From contig CAZPJD010000225.1 of NCBI GenBank assembly GCA_964586775.1, positions 464 through 64,463 of the forward strand: a DNA stretch of 64,000 bases, given 5' to 3'. Below are positions 48,789-57,610 of the stretch, in pieces. This stretch comes from an uncultured bacterium (GTDB taxonomy: Bacteria; Lernaellota; Lernaellaia; JACKCT01). Under the pieces are notes generated by a model. That model was not told the origin of the DNA, made no database searches, and worked only from the letters and a program-made list of their open reading frames with translations. Numbering within the stretch: the first letter of the stretch is position 1; every line of letters begins with the position of its first letter. A program made the translations under genes and the position numbers.

Positions 48789-50033
48789 TCAGGCGCAGCC
48801 GCCTCCGCCGTCCGACCCGCCGCCGTCGTCGTCGCCGCCCCCGTTTCCGCCGCCGACGCCTCCGAGACCCGTGTCGCTGTCGTCGTCATCATCGTCGTCG
48901 TCACCGGGGAACCAGCCGTCGTCGTCATCGTCGTCGGACGGCTGCGTGGTGGTGGTGGTCGAGGTCGGGATCGAGGTTGTCGTCGGGCTCGTCGTCGTGG
49001 TCGTGCCCGGGTTCGTCGTGGTCGTCGTCGCGTGCGTGGTTGTCGTCGTGTGCGTCGTGGTGGTCACGTGCGTCGTGGTGGTGGTCGTCGTCGTGGTGAC
49101 GACAACCGTGTACTTCTCCATCACATCCGACGGAAAACCCAGAGGGCCGATCGGATCGCCGCCTGCCACCCACAGTGCGTTCTGCGACACCGCCCAGCCC
49201 ACGCGGTAGCGGTTTTGCACGACGTTCGTCGTCTGCGTCCACGATCCCCCGGGGGTCGCGGTGTAACCCTTGTTCACCCAACCGCCGCTGCCGTTTTCGC
49301 CGTGCGAAAAGATCAGCTTGCCGTTCGCCGTTCCCGACGCGCCGCCCCACCAGATCGTCGGCAGGTTCGGGCACGTGTCCCACGAGTCCGTCCCCGGCGT
49401 GTACACGTCGCAGGTGTTGAGCTCCGTGTCCGTCTCATCGACGCCGCCGAACACATAGAGCTTGCCGCCCGCGACGCCGCTTCCGTGGAACCGCCGCGAG
49501 GTGGGCATGGGCGTGAGCGCTAGCCATTCGTCGTTGTCGGGATCGTAGGACCAGCACTCGGGGTGCGACAAATCATTCTGATCGCCACCGCCGCACAGGT
49601 AGAGCAATGTGCCGATCTTGTCGAAGGTGTAGGCGTAGCGCGGCCCCGGCACCGTCGCCGTCATCGTCTCGAAAAGATTCCACGTGGTCTGGTATCGATA
49701 CACCGTGCCGACCACGTTCGTGCCATCGAAACCGCCCGGGATGTAGATCCAGCCGCCCAGCTCCGTGCCGTGGCCGAGCGCCAGGGCCGCCGGAAGGTTC
49801 GCCGCGTTCGACCATGTCAGTGTCGAGATCTTGTATTTATCCGACGAACGCAGGTAGCTGCCCAGCCAGTCCATTCCGCCGAACACATAGATGTTCTGGG
49901 CATCCGCAGCCATGATCGGATCAAAGCGCTGGGTGTCCATGCCCGACATCTGCGTCCATTGGGCAGCCGCGGGCGATGCCGCGACGATTGCGAACGCGAA
50001 CGCAACAAACCACAGAAAAGCGCGAGAGCGCAT
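48789..50033 (-). CDS. Secreted Kelch-repeat beta-propeller protein with Thr-rich and poly-Asp/Gly C-terminal tail ending GGGGCA
   Basis: Signal peptide MRSRAFLWFVAFAFAIVAASPAAA. Repeated Kelch-like GG/W motifs (WIYIPGG, LYVFGG, LYLCGG). The C-terminus reads TTTTTTTTT...DDDDDDGWFPGDDDDDDDD...GGGSDGGGGCA-stop. Confidence 0.65.
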   Translation of the reverse strand: MRSRAFLWFVAFAFAIVAASPAAAQWTQMSGMDTQRFDPIMAADAQNIYVFGGMDWLGSYLRSSDKYKISTLTWSNAANLPAALALGHGTELGGWIYIPGGFDGTNVVGTVYRYQTTWNLFETMTATVPGPRYAYTFDKIGTLLYLCGGGDQNDLSHPECWSYDPDNDEWLALTPMPTSRRFHGSGVAGGKLYVFGGVDETDTELNTCDVYTPGTDSWDTCPNLPTIWWGGASGTANGKLIFSHGENGSGGWVNKGYTATPGGSWTQTTNVVQNRYRVGWAVSQNALWVAGGDPIGPLGFPSDVMEKYTVVVTTTTTTTTTHVTTTTHTTTTTHATTTTTNPGTTTTTSPTTTSIPTSTTTTTQPSDDDDDDGWFPGDDDDDDDDSDTGLGGVGGGNGGGDDDGGGSDGGGGCA

Positions 50034-50280
50034 TGTTCCGTCTCCCCAAAGCGGAATCACGCGTTGCCGACCACGGCCTGTGTAACACAACTGACCGGCG
50101 GTTCTCAACGGGGACGCGTGGGGGCCGCCTCCTCGCCGCCCACGGTCTGGGCAGGTGTGGGTCGTGAAGAATTCCGCCACTTGGCTTGATATCGATGTCA
50201 TCTATACTGAGTGCGATCATTGTCCATTTTCCGGGCGAGCCCCTACGCGTCCGCGCCGGCTCGTCCACGGAAGGGACCCC

Positions 50281-51987
50281 ATGACCGACGAACAAGAAGC
50301 TTTGGTCGAATCGATCGCGAAATCCACGAAGCGAACCATATCGCTCCTCTACGTTCAGCTCAGTCTGTGCCTTTATGTGTGCGTGATGCTCGCGGGCAAC
50401 GGGGCGCGAGGATATCTCGGCGCGGGCAAGGAAGTGCGGCTGCCCATTATCGATTTTCCAATCCATTATCGGGCGTTTTCCGTCATCGGGCCGTGGATGG
50501 TCGTCTCGACCTCGATGTGCCTGTATTTCGAACTGCGTCGACTGTATCGCTGGTATCAAGAACTTGCGGCGACGCGGTGCGACACCCCTCGCGATTGGAG
50601 CATCGTCGTCGAGCCGTCGATATTCGGGTCGCTGGTCCTCGATCGAGGAATGAAGAGCACCGACCGGCTGGTGCTGTCGGTGCTAGTGGGCGCGGCGATG
50701 TGGCTCGTCCCGGTCTTCACGGTATGGCTCTTCGCATGGGAGTTTTCAGCGCTCCACGGTTTCTGGTCGTCGACCTACCACGCACTGGTCGTGTTGGTGA
50801 TGACCGGGGCCGCCTTCGTCTCGGGTTTGCGTTGCGACGTTTGGGTCGATACGCAGAAGCGACGAACGCGGGCTCTCGTTTACGCCCTCCGGATCGTGCT
50901 CGCGTTCGTGCCGGTCGGCCTTGCGGCAAACTACGCGGTTGCCGCCGCGCGGGGCGAGTTCCCTCCGTTCGCCGAAGGTCGGTTCGAGTCGTTCGTTGCG
51001 CGGGCAAGCTTGCCGCTGAATCTGTCGGCGGAGCGCGCGGCGTTCGAAACCCTCGATCGCGCCGCGGAGCGACCGTCCCCCTCCGCCGAAAGGGAAATGG
51101 GCTTCGCGGAAGGGGAACGCGACGCGGGGGCCGGTGCGCCGCAATTCATCGGGGTCGAGTTGTCAGCGATGCCACTGCAATCCGCGGATCTGCGCGGGGC
51201 GGATCTGCGCGGTGTGGACTTCCGGGGTTCGGATCTCAGCGGAGCGATGCTCGAGGGTGCCGATCTGCGCGATGCGAACTTCACGAGGAGGCGCGTGGAA
51301 TATTCGGGCGATCCGCTTTCGCGGCTCGGCGTCTGGATGAGTCCCGCACATCGGCACATGGAAAAGCGGTCGGCCGCCATTGCCACCCGATGCGCTGATG
51401 AGGATGCAGACGAAGCGACCGAACCGGACGTTTGGGTCCGCTCGATCCGGGTGCCCGCGACACTGGAGCATGCACGAATGGAGAATGTGTTGGCGTCGAA
51501 CGCCCGCTTCGGTTGCGCACAGATGTCCCAAGCCCGAATGCGTCGCATCGACCTGACCCGCGCGAGCCTCAACCGCGCGGATCTGACCGGAGTGAAATTG
51601 AATGAAGCCATGATGCGAAACTCCAACCTTCGCCGGGTCGATTTGACCTGCGCGGCGCTCGACAACGCCGATCTCGGCGGCGCGGACATTTTCGGCGCCC
51701 GTCTCGATCGAACATCCCTGTGCAATGCCATCCTCGCCGTACGCGTGGTAGAGTCCGTGCAATCCGACTGCACCCCCGCATTTTCTTCCGAAGCGGACGC
51801 GGCCTTGACGCGGACACTTGGTCGGGCAGGCGTCGTACGCGATGCCCTCGTCGACGACCGGGCGATCGCGAGCATCACGAAGTCGTGGAATGCGTTGGCC
51901 AACCGCAAATGGCGCGTCACAAGGTCGAATGGATGCTGGACCGCGCGGCAGGTTCGGCCCGACGATCCCGATCCCTGCGCCGACTAA
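50281..51987 (+). CDS. Membrane protein with C-terminal pentapeptide-repeat domain
   Basis: Five or six TM helices in the N-terminal 260 aa. The C-terminal region carries ADLRGADLRGVDFRGSDLSGAMLEGADLRDANF and later RADLTGVKLNEAMMRNSNLRRVDLTCAALDNADLGGADIFGARL (A(D/N)LxG pentapeptides). Confidence 0.6.
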   Translation: MTDEQEALVESIAKSTKRTISLLYVQLSLCLYVCVMLAGNGARGYLGAGKEVRLPIIDFPIHYRAFSVIGPWMVVSTSMCLYFELRRLYRWYQELAATRCDTPRDWSIVVEPSIFGSLVLDRGMKSTDRLVLSVLVGAAMWLVPVFTVWLFAWEFSALHGFWSSTYHALVVLVMTGAAFVSGLRCDVWVDTQKRRTRALVYALRIVLAFVPVGLAANYAVAAARGEFPPFAEGRFESFVARASLPLNLSAERAAFETLDRAAERPSPSAEREMGFAEGERDAGAGAPQFIGVELSAMPLQSADLRGADLRGVDFRGSDLSGAMLEGADLRDANFTRRRVEYSGDPLSRLGVWMSPAHRHMEKRSAAIATRCADEDADEATEPDVWVRSIRVPATLEHARMENVLASNARFGCAQMSQARMRRIDLTRASLNRADLTGVKLNEAMMRNSNLRRVDLTCAALDNADLGGADIFGARLDRTSLCNAILAVRVVESVQSDCTPAFSSEADAALTRTLGRAGVVRDALVDDRAIASITKSWNALANRKWRVTRSNGCWTARQVRPDDPDPCAD

Positions 51988-52053
51988 GGAGGCGGGACGA
52001 ATCCCTGGTCGCGCGGAAATCGCGCCGCTGCGCGCGAGCCCCGAACCACATCG

Positions 52054-52728
52054 ATGTCCGACCCGTTTGACAACGTCTCCCGGCGGCGCAATCTTTTTGC
52101 GACAGGATCGCCAATGGACGAAAGCCCGCACGACATCCTGCGCTTTCGGCACGCCATCGACCGCATCGACGCGGCGAACGACGACGATCCGCGTCGCGTG
52201 CACGACGAACGCACCGGGCGACCGATCGCCCGCGAGCGGCTGTATTCGCGGCGCATGACCGAAGCCTTGGGACGCCTCGATCGCGATGCGTCGGTCGCGC
52301 AACGGCTCGCGGTGCGCGCGCAGCACATCCGGCGCTGGATGATCGGACGCGACGAATACCCCTTGGACCGCTCCGGGTATCTGCGCTGGCGCGAAGCCCT
52401 CAAGCGTTTCCACGCTGAAACAGTGGCGGCGATCCTGCGCGATGTGGGCTATGACGAAGCGACGATCGCGCGCGTTTCGTCGCTGCTCAAAAAGGAGCGC
52501 CTTCGCACCGATCCCGAGACGCAGACCCTCGAAGACGCGGCGTGCCTCGTTTTTCTGGAGTACGAGTTTGCCGAATTCGCGCCGCGCCACGACGATGCGA
52601 AGATCGTCGAGATCGTGCGCAAGACCTGGGGCAAGATGAGTGAACGAGGCCGCGCCGCCGCGCATCAGATTGTGCCGCGGCTCGACGACTCCCTGCGATT
52701 TCTCGTCGAACGCGCGCTCGCCGAATAG
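52054..52728 (+). CDS. DUF4202-like hypothetical protein
   Basis: Helical, about 200 aa, conserved RRMTEALGRLD / LEDAACLVFLEYEF blocks. Family assignment from memory only. An alternative start at MDESPH (about 52114) is possible. Confidence 0.4.
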   Translation: MSDPFDNVSRRRNLFATGSPMDESPHDILRFRHAIDRIDAANDDDPRRVHDERTGRPIARERLYSRRMTEALGRLDRDASVAQRLAVRAQHIRRWMIGRDEYPLDRSGYLRWREALKRFHAETVAAILRDVGYDEATIARVSSLLKKERLRTDPETQTLEDAACLVFLEYEFAEFAPRHDDAKIVEIVRKTWGKMSERGRAAAHQIVPRLDDSLRFLVERALAE

Positions 52729-52731
52729 ATC

Positions 52732-54009
52732 TTACTTCCCGATCGCCGCCGTCAGCACGCGCGGGCCATCCGCCGTGACGAGGATGTCGTCCTCGATGCG
52801 CACACCGCCCACATCACGCCACGCGCCCAGGGCGTCCCAATTCACGCGGTCGCGGTGCGTTTCGCGGCGAACCGGGTCGTCCAGAATCGCGGGCACGAAA
52901 TAGATCCCCGGTTCGACGGTCATCAGAAAGTTCTCGGCAAGCGGCAGATCGACGCGCACGCGCGCGCCGCAGCACATTCGCCCCTCGGGCCGGCCCGACG
53001 CGCGGCCGCCCACGTCGCGCACGCTGAGGCCCACCATGTGGCCGACGCCGTGCGGGAAAAACAGCGCGATCGCACCCGACTCGAGCAGCTCGTCGTCGCC
53101 ACCGCGCACGAGGCCCGCGTCGCGCAGCCCCGTCGCCATCACGCGCGCGGCGGCGCGGTGCACGTCGTGCCATTCGACGCCGACGCGGCAGCCCTCGATG
53201 GCCGCGAGCTGCGCCGCAAGCACGATGTCGAAGATCGCCTGTTGTCGCCCGTTGAACGCGCCGGCGGCCGCGAATGTGCGCGTCACGTCGGCGGTGTAGC
53301 CGTCGATCTCGCCGCCCGCGTCCACGAGCACCACGTCGTTCTCGCCGATGACGCGCGCGCCGGGCTCGAAGTGCAGCACCGCCGCGTTCGAACCCGCGCC
53401 GACGATCGTGCCGTAGCCAACGCCGGTCGCGCCGCTGCGAAAGAACTCGGCCTCGATCTCGATCGCGACCTCGCGTTCCGTGCGCCCCGGGCGAATCATT
53501 TCGCGCGCTTTCGCGTAACCCGCCGCGGTCGCGGCGACGGCGCGTTCGACGAGCGCGATCTCGGCCGCGTCCTTGGGCCGGCGTGCCGCATCGAATCGAT
53601 CCTGAACGCTCGCCGAGATTTCGGCCTCGAACGCGATGCCGGGTACGGGCGCGCCGAGCGACGCGATGCGCCGTCCCGCCCGCGCACGCAGCCACGCGTC
53701 GAGGTGGGCGATGTCCTCACCCGGGGGCACGTCGGGCTCGCCCTCCCACAGACGTTCGTCGGCCGACGCGGGGCGTACGAAGTGCGTCCATCCGCCCATC
53801 GCGTCCCACGCCATCACGCCGCCGGGCCGACGCGAACCCGTGAGCCAGTAGTATTCGGGGTACGGGATGAAGGGATAGGTTTGATCGAGCCCACCGGGCT
53901 TGCCGATCGGCTCGCCCGCGCCGACGCACACCACGTCCGCCGCGCCGCCCATCGCGTCCGCAGCGCGCCGTTTTCTCGCTTTCAGAACGTCATCCGAAAA
54001 AACTGCCAT
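52732..54009 (-). CDS. pepP: Xaa-Pro aminopeptidase (M24B, PepP/prolidase-like)
   Basis: HGVGHMVGLSVRDVGG matches the HGxGHxxGLxVHD metal-ligand block. N-terminal creatinase-like domain. 425 aa. Confidence 0.8.
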   Translation of the reverse strand: MAVFSDDVLKARKRRAADAMGGAADVVCVGAGEPIGKPGGLDQTYPFIPYPEYYWLTGSRRPGGVMAWDAMGGWTHFVRPASADERLWEGEPDVPPGEDIAHLDAWLRARAGRRIASLGAPVPGIAFEAEISASVQDRFDAARRPKDAAEIALVERAVAATAAGYAKAREMIRPGRTEREVAIEIEAEFFRSGATGVGYGTIVGAGSNAAVLHFEPGARVIGENDVVLVDAGGEIDGYTADVTRTFAAAGAFNGRQQAIFDIVLAAQLAAIEGCRVGVEWHDVHRAAARVMATGLRDAGLVRGGDDELLESGAIALFFPHGVGHMVGLSVRDVGGRASGRPEGRMCCGARVRVDLPLAENFLMTVEPGIYFVPAILDDPVRRETHRDRVNWDALGAWRDVGGVRIEDDILVTADGPRVLTAAIGK

Positions 54010-54128
54010 GTGGCCTCCCGTGCGCGCGCATCATACGCCGAACGACGCGAGGTGCGAACATCGAGACGGGTTCGCGGTGGCATCATCGACGCAAATGGGT
54101 GGGAGCGGTTGCGGAAAGCGCCACGGCG

Positions 54129-55397
54129 CTAGGAGAGTATCCTTTTCGGGCGCGGGCGACTTTTGGCGGTCGCGACACCTCGCCGCTCGATCAACGCGCG
54201 CGTACGCTCCACTTCCGCGGCCAGTAACTTTTCGTCGGGCAGCGCGAGACGGTACTGCGCGGCCACGACCTTGTTCGGCAAGCCCTCGAGGGCATAGCGA
54301 GCGAGCGCCGCACCCCTGCTCGTACATAGGATCAGGCCCACGGGCGGGTTCTCGTCGTCGGCCATCCAATGCTCCCGCGCGTAGTTCAGATACATATGCA
54401 TCTGCCCGGCGTCGGCGTGCGTGAACTTGCCGACCTTGAGATCGATCACGACCAGACAGCGCAGGCGGCGGTGGAAGAACAACAGATCGACGCGATACCA
54501 CTCGTCGTCGATGCGCAGACGGCGCTGGCGGCCGACGAACGCGAAGTCGCCGCCCAGTTCGAGCAGGAAGCGCTCGAGTTGTTCGATGAGCGCGCCTTCG
54601 AGTTCGCTCTCGGAATATTCGTCGCGCAGCCCCAGGAATTCGAGCACCAGCGGGTCCTTGATCTCCTCCTCGGGCGTGACGGCATCGCCGGGTCTCGGCT
54701 TCGCCCCCTTGCGGAGCATCGCCGCCTTGTTGCGCGACATCAGGGTGCGTTCGTAGAACAGGCTCGAGATCTGGCGGTCGAGCTGGCGCACGGTCCATCC
54801 GCCGCGCAGCGCCTCGGTCTCGTAGAAACGGCGCGCGTCTTCGGACACGACGGAGAGCAGGCGAACGTAGTGCGACCAAGGGAGCGGGAACGCTTGCGCC
54901 AATTCGTGTAGGCCAAGTTTCCGCGAGGAGGTCACAGGCCCAAAGGTCGAGCGGTCGCTCGCGGCGGATTTTCCAGACAGTGTCTGGCGATTCGAGGTCC
55001 CCACGCTTTTCGAAGATTTGCCAGACAGTGTCTGGCAAATGTTCTCCGGCGGATACGACTCGAAAAATGACCTCATGTTCTGAAGATTCTGACGCGAGAA
55101 TCCCCGACCGATTTTTTTCGTCAAATCACCGGCAAGCATTTCCAGCAGCCGCTTGCCGTAAGTCGCCCTCGTCTCGCCGCCCTGCTCGGTCTCGACGATC
55201 CTCCGCCCGATTTCCCAGTAGGTCGCGGTCATGACCGCATTGACGGCTCTGGCCGACGCACGCCGGGCGGACTCCAGCAGCGCCACGACATCGGAGAGGA
55301 CGCGGTCGTAGCCGCCGACCGGATTGCCGCTCGACGCGCCCGGCACCGCCGCCCGTTTTCGCGCGGGCGGAGTCCGCTTTCGCTCAGTAGCTGCCAT
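54129..55397 (-). CDS. YhcG-family PDDEXK nuclease (DUF1016) with internal low-complexity insert
   Basis: N-terminal DUF1016 helical domain (ATYWEIGRRIVETEQ). C-terminal PD-(D/E)xK core (VIDLKVGKF...Q). Carries an in-frame insert QTLSGKSSKSVGTSNRQTLSGKS encoded by a duplicated palindrome. Confidence 0.7.
   Translation of the reverse strand: MAATERKRTPPARKRAAVPGASSGNPVGGYDRVLSDVVALLESARRASARAVNAVMTATYWEIGRRIVETEQGGETRATYGKRLLEMLAGDLTKKIGRGFSRQNLQNMRSFFESYPPENICQTLSGKSSKSVGTSNRQTLSGKSAASDRSTFGPVTSSRKLGLHELAQAFPLPWSHYVRLLSVVSEDARRFYETEALRGGWTVRQLDRQISSLFYERTLMSRNKAAMLRKGAKPRPGDAVTPEEEIKDPLVLEFLGLRDEYSESELEGALIEQLERFLLELGGDFAFVGRQRRLRIDDEWYRVDLLFFHRRLRCLVVIDLKVGKFTHADAGQMHMYLNYAREHWMADDENPPVGLILCTSRGAALARYALEGLPNKVVAAQYRLALPDEKLLAAEVERTRALIERRGVATAKSRPRPKRILS
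54973..55040. repeat. Duplicated perfect palindrome CCAGACAGTGTCTGG (two copies about 45 bp apart) embedded in-frame in the yhcG-like gene
   Basis: ttttccagacagtgtctggcga at about 54971-54992 and ttgccagacagtgtctggcaaat at about 55018-55040. Confidence 0.7.
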
Positions 55398-57606
55398 ACG
55401 CCGCGTTGAGTTCGCCGAAGTCGTAGAACAGGTCCCCGACGCCGTCGGGCGTCCACAGACTCCAGGCGAGTTCCTCGGTCGCGGGCAGCCACAGCCAGTT
55501 CGGATCGGCGAAGTCGTCGCTCGTGCCCGGCGTCGGTTTGCCGATGAAGCCCGAGCCGCCGAAGTCGCTCGCGTTCTTCATCCACATGAAGCTCTGGCTC
55601 ACGTTGTCGCCGCCGGGGCCGCCCACGTAGGACGCGATGCCCGCCGCCGAGAATTCCGTGAACGTCGAAAACGCGTAGACGTAGTTGAGGATCGCCGAGC
55701 CGTTGGCAAGCCACGCGCACCAGGTGATGCCGTCGTCTTTGGGAATCAGGCCGTAGACGCTCGGCGGCTCGGGCGGATTCTCGCCCGGCGCGGGCGCGGC
55801 GAGGCGCGAGCCGTTCTGCATCGACGCGATCATGTCGGCCCACACGAAGACGTGCGTGCCCGGCATCTGCGAACGCACCCGGCGCACGACCTCGCTCACC
55901 GAATAGCCGAACAGCTCGGCGGGGGATTTTGCCGCCGACGCGCAGACGGGGTTTTCGTTGAAGCGCGCGATGTCGGTGTGGCCGATGTGGATCGCAGTGG
56001 GTGCGAGCACATCGCGGATGTTCGCGAGCATCGGCTCTAAAATGTCCGTGTACATTCCTTCGACGAGCGGGCAGGTGTCGTCGCTATCGCCTTCGGCGCA
56101 GTCGTATCCGCGCAGCGCGCACTCGGCGATCACGCGATCGGCGTGGCCGTACCACGAAAATGCGGGCACGGGTTCCATGCCGTGGGCGCGCACGAATTCG
56201 AACAGTTCGGAGCCGTCCTCGCGCACGAACTCGTTATCGAGATCGAAGTACCAGTCGCCGGGGATGACGAGGTGCGTGAGCTTGAGCTCGCCGAGGTAGC
56301 GGATGCGGCGCTTGGCCTCGTCGGTGAGCGGCAACAGGTTTTCAACGACCGTGCCGCGGATCGGGAAATCGGGCCGATCGGCGACGGTGATCGCGGGGAT
56401 CGCTTCGGCGCTTTCGTGCTGGTTGACGACGCGCAACAGGCTGCCCGTGCCGTAGATGGCGCCGGCGAAATCCGCGCCCGCCACGGCGATGCCGCTCGCC
56501 GAGACCTCGAGCAAGTACGAACCGGGCACGGTGCCCGCGGGCAGAAAGCGCGCGTCGTTCATGGCGCGCAGCACGCCGTTGTCGTCGAGGGTGCCGATGG
56601 CGATGACGTTATCCGCGCCGGTCACATCGACCGATGGCGCGAGCGCGGGCCGCGAGCCGGTCATGCGCTCGATGGCGTCCTGCAGAAACGACGCGACATC
56701 GGCGTAGCGCGACATCTGGTCGGGCGGCAGGGCGATCACGGTTTCGGCGTTCGGGGTAAAGCCCGCCTCGGGGCGGAAGCCCGCGGGGTGCGGCTCGGGC
56801 ACGATCGCCAGCTTGTAGGGACTTTGCACATCGGCGCGGAAGCCGCGGTCGTAAATTTCGGCCTCGCTCATCGCGCGATTCCACACACGCAGGTCGTCGA
56901 CCAGCGCGTCGGGCGCGGAGCCGGTTTGCAGGCCGCCCAACAGGATCGGCACGTCGGCGTCGAAGCCGGAGACGGGGCCGCGCATCTCGGCGACGAGCGA
57001 TCCGTCGAGATACAGGCGACGCACGGCGTCGTGATCGCGGTCGCCCACGCCCTTCCACGTGACGGCGAAGTGCGTCCATCCGCTGCGCCAGATCCACGGC
57101 TTGCGGATCGAGAAGCCATAGTAGTCGAGCACGGGGCGGTCGTCGGTGGGCGTCACGCCCGCGCCGCCGATGGCGAAGACGGGCTTGTTCTTCAGGCCGT
57201 CCTTGAACATCGAAAAATTCGTCTCGTCGCCGATGGCGAGCAGGTGGCGCTTGATGCCGTCGTGCCAGACGGTCTTGGGCAGCACCCACATCTCGAGCGT
57301 GCCGTCGGTCGAGGGCACGCGGCCGATGGCCGGGGCGACGAGCTGCACGCCCTCGCCCAGCGCGATCGCGTTGCCGGTCAAACCCGGCACAAACGCCGCG
57401 TCGGCGTCGCCCGCGACCAGCGTCGCGCCCTTGGCGGCCAAGTCGTCGGCGCTCTCGAAGTCGAGCGACCACACGAGCTCGCCGCCATCGTCGTCATCGT
57501 CGTCGTCATCGCCGCCGGAGCAAGCCGACGCAATCAGCGCGACGCACGCCGCCACGCACCAAATCCCCAGCGCGCCGAATCGCGCGTCGCGAAGTTTTCG
57601 CGTCAT
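55384..57606 (-). CDS. Lipoprotein with poly-Asp linker, LamG/concanavalin-like domain and a C-terminal putative glycoside-hydrolase-like domain
   Basis: Lipobox IASAC then SGGDDDDDDDDGG. The LamG-like block (TLEMWVLPKT...LYLDGSLVAEM...DDLRVWNRAMSEAEI) was read directly. The C-terminal domain is unassigned. Confidence 0.55.
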   Translation of the reverse strand: MTRKLRDARFGALGIWCVAACVALIASACSGGDDDDDDDDGGELVWSLDFESADDLAAKGATLVAGDADAAFVPGLTGNAIALGEGVQLVAPAIGRVPSTDGTLEMWVLPKTVWHDGIKRHLLAIGDETNFSMFKDGLKNKPVFAIGGAGVTPTDDRPVLDYYGFSIRKPWIWRSGWTHFAVTWKGVGDRDHDAVRRLYLDGSLVAEMRGPVSGFDADVPILLGGLQTGSAPDALVDDLRVWNRAMSEAEIYDRGFRADVQSPYKLAIVPEPHPAGFRPEAGFTPNAETVIALPPDQMSRYADVASFLQDAIERMTGSRPALAPSVDVTGADNVIAIGTLDDNGVLRAMNDARFLPAGTVPGSYLLEVSASGIAVAGADFAGAIYGTGSLLRVVNQHESAEAIPAITVADRPDFPIRGTVVENLLPLTDEAKRRIRYLGELKLTHLVIPGDWYFDLDNEFVREDGSELFEFVRAHGMEPVPAFSWYGHADRVIAECALRGYDCAEGDSDDTCPLVEGMYTDILEPMLANIRDVLAPTAIHIGHTDIARFNENPVCASAAKSPAELFGYSVSEVVRRVRSQMPGTHVFVWADMIASMQNGSRLAAPAPGENPPEPPSVYGLIPKDDGITWCAWLANGSAILNYVYAFSTFTEFSAAGIASYVGGPGGDNVSQSFMWMKNASDFGGSGFIGKPTPGTSDDFADPNWLWLPATEELAWSLWTPDGVGDLFYDFGELNAAYGSY

Positions 57607-57610
57607 GGAT

